From: Bacillota bacterium
GTDB taxonomy: Bacteria > Bacillota > Clostridia > Christensenellales > CAMQZB01
Assembly (NCBI GenBank): GCA_044426045.1
Contig: JAWXUX010000001.1
Span: forward strand, 65,816-129,815
Direction: 5' to 3'
Length of the DNA stretch: 64,000 nucleotides
In this document: positions 1 through 8,716 of the stretch, piece after piece
Numbering within the stretch: the stretch's first letter is position 1
How the letters are laid out: every line of letters starts with the position of its first letter
Position numbers and translations under genes: made by a program
The notes under the pieces: generated by a model
The model's input: only the letters and a program-made list of their open reading frames with translations
Database searches by the model: none
Told to the model about the DNA's origin: nothing

Positions 1-2
1 AT

Positions 3-701
3 AAACCATTCCACTATTGCCCAGGTTGCACACATGGTGTGGTACATAAACTAGTTGCCGAATCACTCGAAGAACTCGGTGTTGGCGAAAAAACAATCGG
101 CGTTGCACCAGTTGGCTGTGCAGTTTTTGCATACGACTATTTCAACTGCGACATGCAAGAAGCGGCTCACGGAAGAGCTCCAGCCGTTGCAACAGGTATC
201 AAAAGAGTTTTGCCAGACAGAATCGTGTTCACATATCAAGGTGACGGCGATCTCGCAAGTATCGGTATGGCGGAAACAGTTCACGCGGCAGCAAGAGGTG
301 AAAATATCACAATCATTTTCATCAATAACTCAATATATGGCATGACAGGCGGTCAAATGGCGCCAACAACACTTGAAGGACAAGTTTCAACAACTTCACA
401 AAGCGGAAGAAATGTGGCACTTCAAGGCTATCCAATCCACGTTGCGGAAATGCTTTCTCAACTTGAAGGACCATGTTATATCGAACGCGTTTCAACACAC
501 GATTTCCCAAACGTTTTGAAAGCTAAAAAAGCAATCAAAAAGGCGTTCCAAAACCAAGTTGAAGGCAAAGGCTTCTCGCTTGTTGAAGTTTTGGTTTCAT
601 GCCCAACAAACTGGAGAAAAGACCCTGTTGAAGCACTAAATTTCATCAAATCAGACGTTATCCCAGTATATCCACTAGGTGTGTATAAGGAGGTAAAATA
701 A
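3..701 (+). CDS. 2-oxoacid:ferredoxin oxidoreductase, beta (TPP-binding) subunit; 5' end outside window
   Basis: The frame is open from nt 3 ([17 protein letters not shown]), so the conserved CPGCxHG motif lies upstream of the first ATG at 39. GDGD..NNxxYGMTGGQ thiamine-PP signature. The gamma subunit starts 1 nt after its stop. Confidence 0.85.
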   Translation, partial: KPFHYCPGCTHGVVHKLVAESLEELGVGEKTIGVAPVGCAVFAYDYFNCDMQEAAHGRAPAVATGIKRVLPDRIVFTYQGDGDLASIGMAETVHAAARGENITIIFINNSIYGMTGGQMAPTTLEGQVSTTSQSGRNVALQGYPIHVAEMLSQLEGPCYIERVSTHDFPNVLKAKKAIKKAFQNQVEGKGFSLVEVLVSCPTNWRKDPVEALNFIKSDVIPVYPLGVYKEVK

Positions 702-702
702 T

Positions 703-1233
703 ATGGCAACAAGCAAAATGATTTTTGCCGGTTTCGGCGGACAAGGCGTTCTTTCAATGGGAATTTCATTCGCATATGGCGCAATGGACGAAGGCAAAGA
801 AGCAACTTTCCTTCCATCATACGGCCCAGAAATGCGTGGAGGCACTGCCAACTGTCACGTTGTTGTGTCAGACAGTCAAGTGGCATCACCACTTATCGCA
901 ACAACAGATATCTTGGTTGTTATGAACAAGCCAAGCCTTGCAAAATTTGAAAATTCAGTGAAATCGGGCGGTTATATCTTCGTTAACAGCGACGTTTGTG
1001 ACGTGAAAGTGACAAGAGAAGATGTGAATGTTGTTTACGCAGCAGTTTTGTCAAAAGCCATTGAACTTGGCAACGCAAAAATGTCAAACACAATCATGCT
1101 AGGCGTTATCCAAAAACACTGCCAAGTTTTGTCTGACGAAAACATGCTTTCAGGTTTTGACCACCTTTTCGAAGCAAAACCAAAACTCATCCCAGCAAAC
1201 CACAAAGCATATCACGCGGGAAAAGAAATGTAA
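703..1233 (+). CDS. 2-oxoacid:ferredoxin oxidoreductase, gamma subunit
   Basis: FAGFGGQGVLSMG...PSYGPEMRGGTANCHVVVS is typical of POR/KOR gamma subunits. Immediately follows the beta subunit. Confidence 0.85.
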   Translation: MATSKMIFAGFGGQGVLSMGISFAYGAMDEGKEATFLPSYGPEMRGGTANCHVVVSDSQVASPLIATTDILVVMNKPSLAKFENSVKSGGYIFVNSDVCDVKVTREDVNVVYAAVLSKAIELGNAKMSNTIMLGVIQKHCQVLSDENMLSGFDHLFEAKPKLIPANHKAYHAGKEM

Positions 1234-1238
1234 TAAAA

Positions 1239-1467
1239 TTGCGTTGCAATTTTATTAAGTGAAAAGTGAAAAGTGAAAAGTGAAAAGTGAAAAGTGTGGT
1301 AATGCACGCGGCTTTGCCTTGTGCTTTTCGATATAATAGTAAACAATAAAAGGGACGCAACTATTCAAAATGGGAGCGTTCCTATTTTACTGCCCAAATC
1401 AAATGGGGTGCACGAGCTTGCGAGTGCCTACCACACTTTTCACTTTTCACTTTTCACTTTTCACTTT
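1239..1467 (+). repeat. Nested-hairpin intergenic element, copy 1 (GTGAAAA-arm variant)
   Basis: Left mini-hairpin ATAAAATTGC/GCAATTTTAT. GTGAAAA x5 (1259-1293) faces TTTTCAC x4 (1437-1464). Inner boxes are TGTGGTAATGCAC and CGAGTGCCTACCACA. Shares its core with the copies at 6868, 32482 and 51150. Confidence 0.9.
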
Positions 1468-1496
1468 AAAAAAAGACCCCATCGGGGTCTTTTTTT
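1468..1496. terminator. Bidirectional intrinsic terminator
   Basis: A-run, stem AGACCCC (1474-1480) / GGGGTCT (1484-1490), T-run. Sits between the convergent + operon and the minus-strand response regulator (stop at 1495). Confidence 0.8.
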
Positions 1497-3048
1497 AAAC
1501 TTGTTTTTTCCTGTATTGTGATGGCGTTGTGCCTTCTGCTTTAAGGAATTTTGCAATGAAATAGTTTGGATCGTTGAAGCCGATTTCGTCTGCTATTTCG
1601 TATATTTTTTTGTTTGTTTTAAGAAGCAAAACCTTTGATTTTTCAATTCTTATGTTTGTGAGATATTCATTGAAAAGGGTATTGGTGTTTTTCTTGAAAA
1701 GTCTGCCAAGATAGATTGGGTTGACATAAAACTTAGTTGCAAGTGATTTCAACGTCAAGTTTTCTTGGTAGTTATTTGTCACATAAGTGATGATATTGTG
1801 GAACACTTCGTTTTGTTGGTGGATTTTGTGGGTGTTCATTTCGTTATAAAGCCCCAAAACGAGCTCTTTAAGTTTTGAACTTTCTGATATCAATTCGCTT
1901 GAATAGCTGTTTTTCATATCAGTGAGTTGGTCGATGATTTTATCAACGTCGCGGTCAAGTTCTGCCACATATCTTGTGATATTGATGATAAACGCGTTAT
2001 AAATTGACCAGAAATAAGCAAGAGGCATGTCGATTTCTTTTGCCATTGCAAAGATAGTGTCCAGCTTTTCGTTGAGTTCATCTTCATATATCGTCTCGAA
2101 GTTTCCTGAAAGTTCGTCAAACAAATTATATATTGTTTTGAATTCTTCTGATGAAATAGTTTCGTCTGAAAGCATTGAAATTTGTGGTTTAGTGAGCCCG
2201 CCGATATTGAACATTGAATTTTTGCAATCTTGATAAATTTTTGCAATCTCGTCAGTTTTCTTGAATGAATCACTCACGATGAATGATGAAATAATTCCGT
2301 GTCCCGCAAAAGCGATTTCTTGTGCTCCAATAATCTTATTTTTGAGGGTTTCAGGCGAGATAACAGGCGCGTGAATAACGAACAAGATTTCCGAAGAATT
2401 CAATGAAAACGCCACAGTTTTGCCTTCTGAAGTCAGCATTTTTGATACGATTTCAATAAATTTTTCATTGCTGTGTTCAATTTCTTCTTCCGACAAATCA
2501 ACTTCCTTGCTGTTTTTGAAAGTGATTTTACAAGGGCAGATTGAAAGGCAATCGCCACTTTGAAGTTCAATGAAAGATTCCACGCAAGAATAAGCTTTTT
2601 GTGCATTTTCGCCGTTCAAAATCTTCAACATGTATGACTCGGCAAGGGCACTTTCCGCCTCTTCATTATCTTCGTCTGGCTCGGCGTAAAGCTTGGTTAA
2701 AATATCGTCAAGTTCGTCCTCGTCGCAAGGTTTCAAAAGGTAAGCTCTCACGCCAAGAGCGAGTGCTTCTTTTGCGTATTGGAAGGTTGAAAATCCAGAA
2801 AGCACGATAATTTTTGGTGAATATTTGGCAACTTTCTTTATTTCAGTTATCATTTGAAGTCCCGTCATCTGTGGCATAGAAATATCAGTTATGATGTATT
2901 CAGGTCTGTTTGCTTCAATAATGGCAAGCGCATCGAATGCGTTTTTTGCCGTGAAGATAGTGTCGATATCGTATTTTTCAAAATCGATAAGAACTTTCAG
3001 TCCATTAAGTGCATTCACTTCATCATCAACAAGTAGAATTTTGCTCAT
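1495..3048 (-). CDS. Two-component response regulator, receiver + AraC-type HTH (YesN-like)
   Basis: MSKILLVDDE...ITDISMPQMTGL receiver motifs and a C-terminal AraC HTH (YLGRLFKK..PSQYRK). I prefer the ATG at 3048 because AAGGAGAA lies 5 nt upstream; the longer ORF extends to 3108. Confidence 0.85.
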   Translation of the reverse strand: MSKILLVDDEVNALNGLKVLIDFEKYDIDTIFTAKNAFDALAIIEANRPEYIITDISMPQMTGLQMITEIKKVAKYSPKIIVLSGFSTFQYAKEALALGVRAYLLKPCDEDELDDILTKLYAEPDEDNEEAESALAESYMLKILNGENAQKAYSCVESFIELQSGDCLSICPCKITFKNSKEVDLSEEEIEHSNEKFIEIVSKMLTSEGKTVAFSLNSSEILFVIHAPVISPETLKNKIIGAQEIAFAGHGIISSFIVSDSFKKTDEIAKIYQDCKNSMFNIGGLTKPQISMLSDETISSEEFKTIYNLFDELSGNFETIYEDELNEKLDTIFAMAKEIDMPLAYFWSIYNAFIINITRYVAELDRDVDKIIDQLTDMKNSYSSELISESSKLKELVLGLYNEMNTHKIHQQNEVFHNIITYVTNNYQENLTLKSLATKFYVNPIYLGRLFKKNTNTLFNEYLTNIRIEKSKVLLLKTNKKIYEIADEIGFNDPNYFIAKFLKAEGTTPSQYRKKQV

Positions 3049-3111
3049 AGTGTTCTCCTTATTTGGTAGCGTCATCCGCACAGTTGCGCGGTTGCGATAT
3101 ATTTTCATTTT

Positions 3112-4908
3112 TTATTTTTCGTCATTTTTGACAGTTGCTATATTTTCAGAGGAAATTTCCCCACTCTCGTCAAGCTTTTTTTCAACAGTGTTGTCAACTT
3201 TTTTTGCAAGAATAAGAGTCATCGTCACATAATTTTCAACCGATGTGTCAATATCGAACTTGATATCGTTGTAATAAAATCTCAAACGTCCGAATGTGTT
3301 TTTCAGACCAACGCTCTTGGTGTCTATTTCAAAATTACCTTTTGAATAGCTCAATATTTGCGATTTGATTTCCGAACTGAATCCCGAAACCGGATTGCTC
3401 ACAGAAATTCTGAGCTCGTCACCAATAACTTGCGTTGTGATTTCAATCTTGCCAGTGTCAAGCACGTTTTGCACGCCGTGAACGCATGCGTTTTCAACGA
3501 ATGGTTGCAAGCACATCTTTGGAATGTCGCATTCAAGCGACGCTTCATCAGAAATGATTTCATATTCAATTTTATCTTCAAAGCGGTATTTCTCGATTGC
3601 GAGATACTCGCGAATAAAGTTGAGTTCTTCTTTAAGTGTGATGATATCTTGATTCCAAGTGATGCTTCCACGCATGATTTTTGAAACGTAAAGAATGATT
3701 TTTGCCGTTTCCTTTTCCCCTTTAATAAGTGATTTCAAGCGGATAGCATTCAAAACGTTGAAAAGATAATGCGGATTGATTTGCGATAAAAGCGAGTTAA
3801 GCTCTGATTGCTTTCTTCTGATTTCCGCCTGATTTTTTTCCATCTCAAGATCGTATGAAGTTTTCAAAAGGTCGCGAATTCTTCCCGACATATCCCCGAT
3901 GGTCTGCTCGACGAATGTGAGTTGACTGTCGACACTTTGTCTTTTGCCCGCAATCAGTTCTTCAACATCCAAGCTTTCAACAAGGCTTTCAATTCTGTCG
4001 ATATATTCACGCTGAACACTTTTCATGAAAAGGAAAGAAGCGAGCAGTGTGAGAACAAGTGTGAAAATAGTTGGCAAGAATGTTTCAATATTGAAGTACG
4101 GTGCAGATTCAATTGCAATAACCAACTTCAAACTGCCGTAGGAATCAATACTTTCGCGATAAACAAGCATAACTTCATCATCCGCGCCATCCGAACTGAT
4201 TGAAGAATAATAAAGTGCAGGTTGAATTGAAGTGTAACCCTCCACCCAAGTGTAAAGCAGGCTGTTGCTGTCGTCATAAAGCATGGCACTGCAAGGCGTT
4301 CCAACGCTTTCAAGAGTGTTAGAAATATAATCGAGGTCAACTCTCAGCATAACAAACTGCTCATAATCGCTAGTTCCAAAAGTCATGAGCGGACAAGTGA
4401 TATAAGCATACCTTGTTGTCGTGTCAAAATACAGTTGAGCATTAGAGTTAGTTATATCAAAAGTTTGATACCACTGGGCAGATTCAAGTTCGCTTGTTAT
4501 GATTTGTGTCACCTGCGTTTCATATATGCTGGTGTTTGTTGTGTATAAAATTGGGTCGGAAATCTTTTCGTTTTCCACCGTTGACATAGAAAAAAGCTTG
4601 CTGACGTTGTAACCTTCATAGTTAGTGTAGTATTCTTGATATGACGAATATTTTTTGTTCAGAAAAACATACATGTCATAATCTTGTGCAAGAGTAGTCG
4701 CGTATGAAAACGCAATCCCAAGCTCGTCGGCAATTTCTTGAGGCACATCGTAAAATTCATATTTTTGCTCGGTGATATAAGTTTGAGTGTTTTGTTCGTA
4801 TTGAATAACAAGCAAAAAGACATTAAGGATAATAAGTGGCACCAAAATAAGCAAAATAAAAAGTGCTACAAATTTGTGTCTTGACGAAATGGTTATTTTA
4901 CGTTGCAA
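3112..4908 (-). CDS. Sensor histidine kinase, YesM/LytS-YehU type (two TM segments, HAMP-like linker, His_kinase + HATPase)
   Basis: NPHYLFNVLNAIR H-box of the PF06580-type kinases and a C-terminal ATPase region. TTG start with GGGGGG 7 nt upstream. Directly upstream of the response regulator. Confidence 0.85.
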   Translation of the reverse strand: MQRKITISSRHKFVALFILLILVPLIILNVFLLVIQYEQNTQTYITEQKYEFYDVPQEIADELGIAFSYATTLAQDYDMYVFLNKKYSSYQEYYTNYEGYNVSKLFSMSTVENEKISDPILYTTNTSIYETQVTQIITSELESAQWYQTFDITNSNAQLYFDTTTRYAYITCPLMTFGTSDYEQFVMLRVDLDYISNTLESVGTPCSAMLYDDSNSLLYTWVEGYTSIQPALYYSSISSDGADDEVMLVYRESIDSYGSLKLVIAIESAPYFNIETFLPTIFTLVLTLLASFLFMKSVQREYIDRIESLVESLDVEELIAGKRQSVDSQLTFVEQTIGDMSGRIRDLLKTSYDLEMEKNQAEIRRKQSELNSLLSQINPHYLFNVLNAIRLKSLIKGEKETAKIILYVSKIMRGSITWNQDIITLKEELNFIREYLAIEKYRFEDKIEYEIISDEASLECDIPKMCLQPFVENACVHGVQNVLDTGKIEITTQVIGDELRISVSNPVSGFSSEIKSQILSYSKGNFEIDTKSVGLKNTFGRLRFYYNDIKFDIDTSVENYVTMTLILAKKVDNTVEKKLDESGEISSENIATVKNDEK

Positions 4909-5218
4909 TTTTTTGCCCCCCTTTTGCTTACTATATAATATGCTATATTATTGACTCTATTTTGAGTATTATATCATACCGCTTTAGTTTATCATACTTT
5001 TTTAAAAAAGTACATAGCATTTTGAAAATTAATGCAAAAATTCTGAATTTAGTAGGATAAACGTACAAAAACACATAAACAGGTGTCTAATTTTGCACAA
5101 TGTTATAAAAATATTGACAAAACAAATTATTTAATGTACCATAGCCACAACCTTGATGAAAAAAGGATAAAAAATAATGGGGGAGATTACCCCGAAAATA
5201 CTATAAAGAGGTAAGATT

Positions 5219-6862
5219 ATGACTGAATTAATGAACAAGACCGTCGGTCAGATGTTTGATGACACTGTATCGAAATTCCCACATAACCAGGCTGCTAAGT
5301 ATATCGAAATGGACTTTGATATGACTTATTCTGAACTGTCACACGAAGTTGACACATTTGCAAAATCTCTCCTCGCCCTCGGCTTCAAGAAGGGAGACCA
5401 CGTTGCAGTTTGGGCAACAAACTATCCACAATGGCTAGTTTTGATGCTTGCGACAGCAAAAGTTGGTATCGTTTTGGTAACGGTTAACACAAGCTATAAA
5501 ACAGCAGAATTCAAATATCTTATGAACCAATCAGAATCGAAAGGACTTTTTGTCTGCGACGGTTTGAAAGATATCGACTGCGAACAAACAATATATAACC
5601 TTTGTCCTGAAATGGAATCACAAGAAGAAGGCAGACTAGACCTTAAAGAACTTCCTTTCCTTACATGCGTTGTTTCGTTCGACAACAAATATCCAGGAAT
5701 GTATTCTTGGAACGAAATCAGAAAATATTCAAGAGAAATCTCTCATCAAGAATATCAAAAAGCAAAAGACGCTTGCCACCCAGATGACGTTATCAACATG
5801 CAATACACATCAGGCACAACAGGCTTTCCAAAAGGCGTTATGCTAACACACAACAACATCGTTAACAACGGTAAAACAATCGGCGACTGCATGGGTTTCA
5901 CTGAAAAAGATAGACTTTGCATTCAAGTTCCATTCTTCCACTGTTTTGGATTGGTTCTTGCAATCATGGCGAGTTTGACTCACGGAACAACAATGATTCC
6001 GCTTCTTTATTTCACACCAATGAAAGCAATGCACGTTATCCACTATGAAAAATGCACAGCAATCCACGGCGTTCCAACAATGTTTATCGCAATGCTTGAA
6101 CACCGCGACTTCAAAAAATATAACTTCAGCAGCCTAAGAACTGGTATCATGGCAGGTTCACCTTGTCCAGTTGATATCATGAAACGTGTGGTTGACGAAA
6201 TGAACATGAGTGAAATCACTATTACATACGGACAAACTGAAGCATCTCCTGGTTGCACGCAAACAACAATCCACGATTCTCTTGAAAAACGTGTTGAAAC
6301 TGTTGGACGCGCATTCCCATTCGTTGAAACAAAAATCGTCGACCCAGAAACTGGCGTTGAACTTGGAGCTGGCGAACCTGGTGAATTCTGTGCAAGAGGT
6401 TACAATATCATGAAAGGATACTATAACATGCCAGAAGCAACTGCCCAAGCAATTGATGCAGACGGCTGGCTTCACACTGGCGATATCGCAACAGTGGATG
6501 AAGAAGGCTACTACCGCATCACAGGCAGATTGAAAGACATGATCATCCGTGGTGGTGAAAATATCTATCCAAAAGAAATCGAAGAATTCATCTATTCAAT
6601 CCCTGGCGTTCAAGACGTTCAAGTTGTCGGCATGAAATCTGAAAAATACGGTGAAGAAGTTGCCGCTTTCGTCATTCCTAAAAAAGGCGAAAACATCACT
6701 TCAGCAGATATCAAACACTACGTCGGCGAAAATATGGCTCGTCACAAAATCCCAACCCTTGTTCACATGACAGATAAATTCCCAATGACAGCAAGCGGAA
6801 AAATCCAAAAATTCATCTTGCGCGAACTAGCAGATGAACTTTATTCAAAGGGAGTGAGATAA
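5219..6862 (+). CDS. AMP-dependent acyl-CoA synthetase/ligase
   Basis: MQYTSGTTGFPKGVMLTHNN AMP-binding motif, GYYNMPEAT, TGDIA..DEEGYYRITGRLKD, and SGKIQK at the C-terminus. RBS AGAGGT. Confidence 0.9.
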   Translation: MTELMNKTVGQMFDDTVSKFPHNQAAKYIEMDFDMTYSELSHEVDTFAKSLLALGFKKGDHVAVWATNYPQWLVLMLATAKVGIVLVTVNTSYKTAEFKYLMNQSESKGLFVCDGLKDIDCEQTIYNLCPEMESQEEGRLDLKELPFLTCVVSFDNKYPGMYSWNEIRKYSREISHQEYQKAKDACHPDDVINMQYTSGTTGFPKGVMLTHNNIVNNGKTIGDCMGFTEKDRLCIQVPFFHCFGLVLAIMASLTHGTTMIPLLYFTPMKAMHVIHYEKCTAIHGVPTMFIAMLEHRDFKKYNFSSLRTGIMAGSPCPVDIMKRVVDEMNMSEITITYGQTEASPGCTQTTIHDSLEKRVETVGRAFPFVETKIVDPETGVELGAGEPGEFCARGYNIMKGYYNMPEATAQAIDADGWLHTGDIATVDEEGYYRITGRLKDMIIRGGENIYPKEIEEFIYSIPGVQDVQVVGMKSEKYGEEVAAFVIPKKGENITSADIKHYVGENMARHKIPTLVHMTDKFPMTASGKIQKFILRELADELYSKGVR

Positions 6863-6867
6863 AAAAA

Positions 6868-7081
6868 TCGGGAACGCTTCGCGTTAAGTGAAAGGTGAAA
6901 GGTGAAAGGTGTGGTAATGCACTCGGTACCCTCGTGCTTTTCAATTATATTTGTAATCCATAATAGGGGCGTAACTATTCAAATAGGAGCGTCCCTATTT
7001 TACTGCCCAAATATAATGGGGTGCACGAGCAAAGCGAGTGCCTACCACACCTTTCACCTTTCACCTTTCACCTTTCACTTT
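6868..7081 (+). repeat. Nested-hairpin intergenic element, copy 2
   Basis: GGAACGCTTCGCGTT mini-hairpin. GTGAAAG x3 (6888-6908) faces CTTTCAC x4 (7051-7078). Box pair TGTGGTAATGCACTCG / CGAGTGCCTACCACA. ATTATATTTG/CAAATATAAT inner stem. Confidence 0.9.
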
Positions 7082-7161
7082 AAAAATATACCCCTCTCCC
7101 TCCGCACTCCTAACCCCCCCCATCATAAGCCCCCCCCTCCCTCTTATCACAAAAAAAGTTC

Positions 7162-7189
7162 TTGCAAAATCTCAAAAGTGTGGTATAAT
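7162..7189 (+). promoter_or_regulatory. Sigma-A-type promoter (TTGCAA-16-TGgTATAAT)
   Basis: -35 TTGCAA at 7162-7167 and extended -10 TGGTATAAT at 7181-7189, upstream of the membrane-protein/luxS pair. Confidence 0.55.
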
Positions 7190-7205
7190 AAATTCTGAGT
7201 AAAGA

Positions 7206-8714
7206 TTGGGGGAATGGAATTTGCCAAGAACGTATCAAAAACTTTATATCATGGCGCTTGCGTTTGGGGTGCTTTTAACTGTCACGGGGCTTTTTTGGGA
7301 TTTTGGGAACATTATTCAAGGGCTGAAAGTTATCGTAACAACGCAAGATATGTTGATAACCGACTATGTTGAAATCGCGGGCATTGGTTCAGCGCTTGTG
7401 AATGCGGGCATTGTGACGATGATTTCGGTGGGCATTTTGTTTTTTGCAAAAGAGCCGTTCAACGGCATGACGATTGTGACAACTATGCTGATGGCAGGTT
7501 TTGCACTTTTCGGAAAGAACTTTGTCAATATTTGGCCAATAATTTTCGGTTCATGGCTTTATGCAAAATTCAAGCATGAAAATTTCTCGAAATACGTATC
7601 TGTATCCCTTCTTGCAACGGCGCTAGCCCCACTTGTCAGCTATATGGCACTTGGAAGCAACATTGCAAGCATACCAGTTGGAATAATTTCTGGAATTATC
7701 GTGGGATTTCTCATCCCGCCAATTTCTGGCTACACATATAAAATACAAAACGGCATAAACCTTTATAACGTCGGTTTCGCGTGCGGACTTTTCGCGCTTA
7801 TGATAGTGCCAGTTCTCACGGCTTTTGGCGACAATCCGCCAACTGCGATGTATTGGAGCACCTCAACAACGGAAGTGTGGGGGGTTATGCTCACGGTTTT
7901 CTGCGTGGGACTTTTTGTCAGTGGCATGCTTTTTTGCGGGCAAAAACCAGGTGAAGTTTGGGGTAAATATCGCGAACTTTTGAAAAAATCAGGGCGTTCT
8001 CCATCCGACTTTTTGCGTATGTTTGGCATCGCACCAGTGCTTGTGAATATGGCATTCACGGGGATTATCGGCATGCTTTATATCATTATCATCGGCGGGG
8101 ATTTGAACGGTCCAACCGTTGGCGGTATTTTCACAATCATGGGCTTTGCTGCATTTGGAAAACACCCAAGAAACATGACTCCAATCCTTGTTGGTGTGTT
8201 GCTTGGCGCGTTTGGAATGCACCTTGAGCCAAACAGTCCAACGCTTCAACTTGCGGGGCTTTTTGGAACAACGCTCGCCCCAATAACGGGCAGATTTGGC
8301 ATAATCGCTGGCATAATTGTGGGTTTCATTCACGCATCGCTCGTTCAGCAAACAAGCAGTGCAGTTGCTGGCATGAACCTTTATAACAACGGCTTTTCAG
8401 GCGGTCTTATCGCCATTGTGGCATATCCAATTTTCACAGAGTTTTTCAAACGTCGCAAAATCAAAATCCGCGACAAGGACTATTTTGAAATGTTTGAAGA
8501 GGCAACCCCAATCGATCCGGATCAGCACATTTCACCGAATGAAGTGGCAGATGCCATGGATGAAGAGCTCAAAAGGCTTCTGAAAATCAAGCATGATAAA
8601 GAAAATCAAGACAAGAAGCACGATAAAAAAGAAGGTTTTATGCACTATGACGATCTTCACCCTGATGATTACACCTTCAATATCCACGAAAAAAAACAAG
8701 ACGGCGAGGAATAA
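7206..8714 (+). CDS. Polytopic membrane protein, internally duplicated (resembles DUF1576-type proteins), charged C-terminal tail
   Basis: About 12 hydrophobic segments. Each half ends in NLYNVGFACGL / NLYNNGFSGGL. Start is uncertain: TTG 7206, TTG 7221 (GGGGGAA RBS) or ATG 7251. The stop lies 2 nt before the luxS ATG. Confidence 0.6.
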   Translation: MGEWNLPRTYQKLYIMALAFGVLLTVTGLFWDFGNIIQGLKVIVTTQDMLITDYVEIAGIGSALVNAGIVTMISVGILFFAKEPFNGMTIVTTMLMAGFALFGKNFVNIWPIIFGSWLYAKFKHENFSKYVSVSLLATALAPLVSYMALGSNIASIPVGIISGIIVGFLIPPISGYTYKIQNGINLYNVGFACGLFALMIVPVLTAFGDNPPTAMYWSTSTTEVWGVMLTVFCVGLFVSGMLFCGQKPGEVWGKYRELLKKSGRSPSDFLRMFGIAPVLVNMAFTGIIGMLYIIIIGGDLNGPTVGGIFTIMGFAAFGKHPRNMTPILVGVLLGAFGMHLEPNSPTLQLAGLFGTTLAPITGRFGIIAGIIVGFIHASLVQQTSSAVAGMNLYNNGFSGGLIAIVAYPIFTEFFKRRKIKIRDKDYFEMFEEATPIDPDQHISPNEVADAMDEELKRLLKIKHDKENQDKKHDKKEGFMHYDDLHPDDYTFNIHEKKQDGEE

Positions 8715-8716
8715 TA

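Noticed and set aside
1257-1293. AAGTGAAAAGTGAAAAGTGA resembles the eukaryotic IRF/ISRE (GAAANN) repeat
   Set aside because: This is a coincidental resemblance in a bacterial genome. Other copies use unrelated heptamers (GGTAATA), so the sequence itself is not the conserved feature.
6902-7198. 98-aa ORF (also 1321-1521 and 32634-32942 / 32651-32842) running through the hairpin elements and C-rich tracts, giving HTFHLSPFTFHF and proline-rich peptides
   Set aside because: The reading frame is not conserved between element copies; the equivalent frame in copy 4 hits a stop after 22 codons. There is no RBS. The peptide composition is just the translation of tandem heptamers and C-runs, so these are non-coding.
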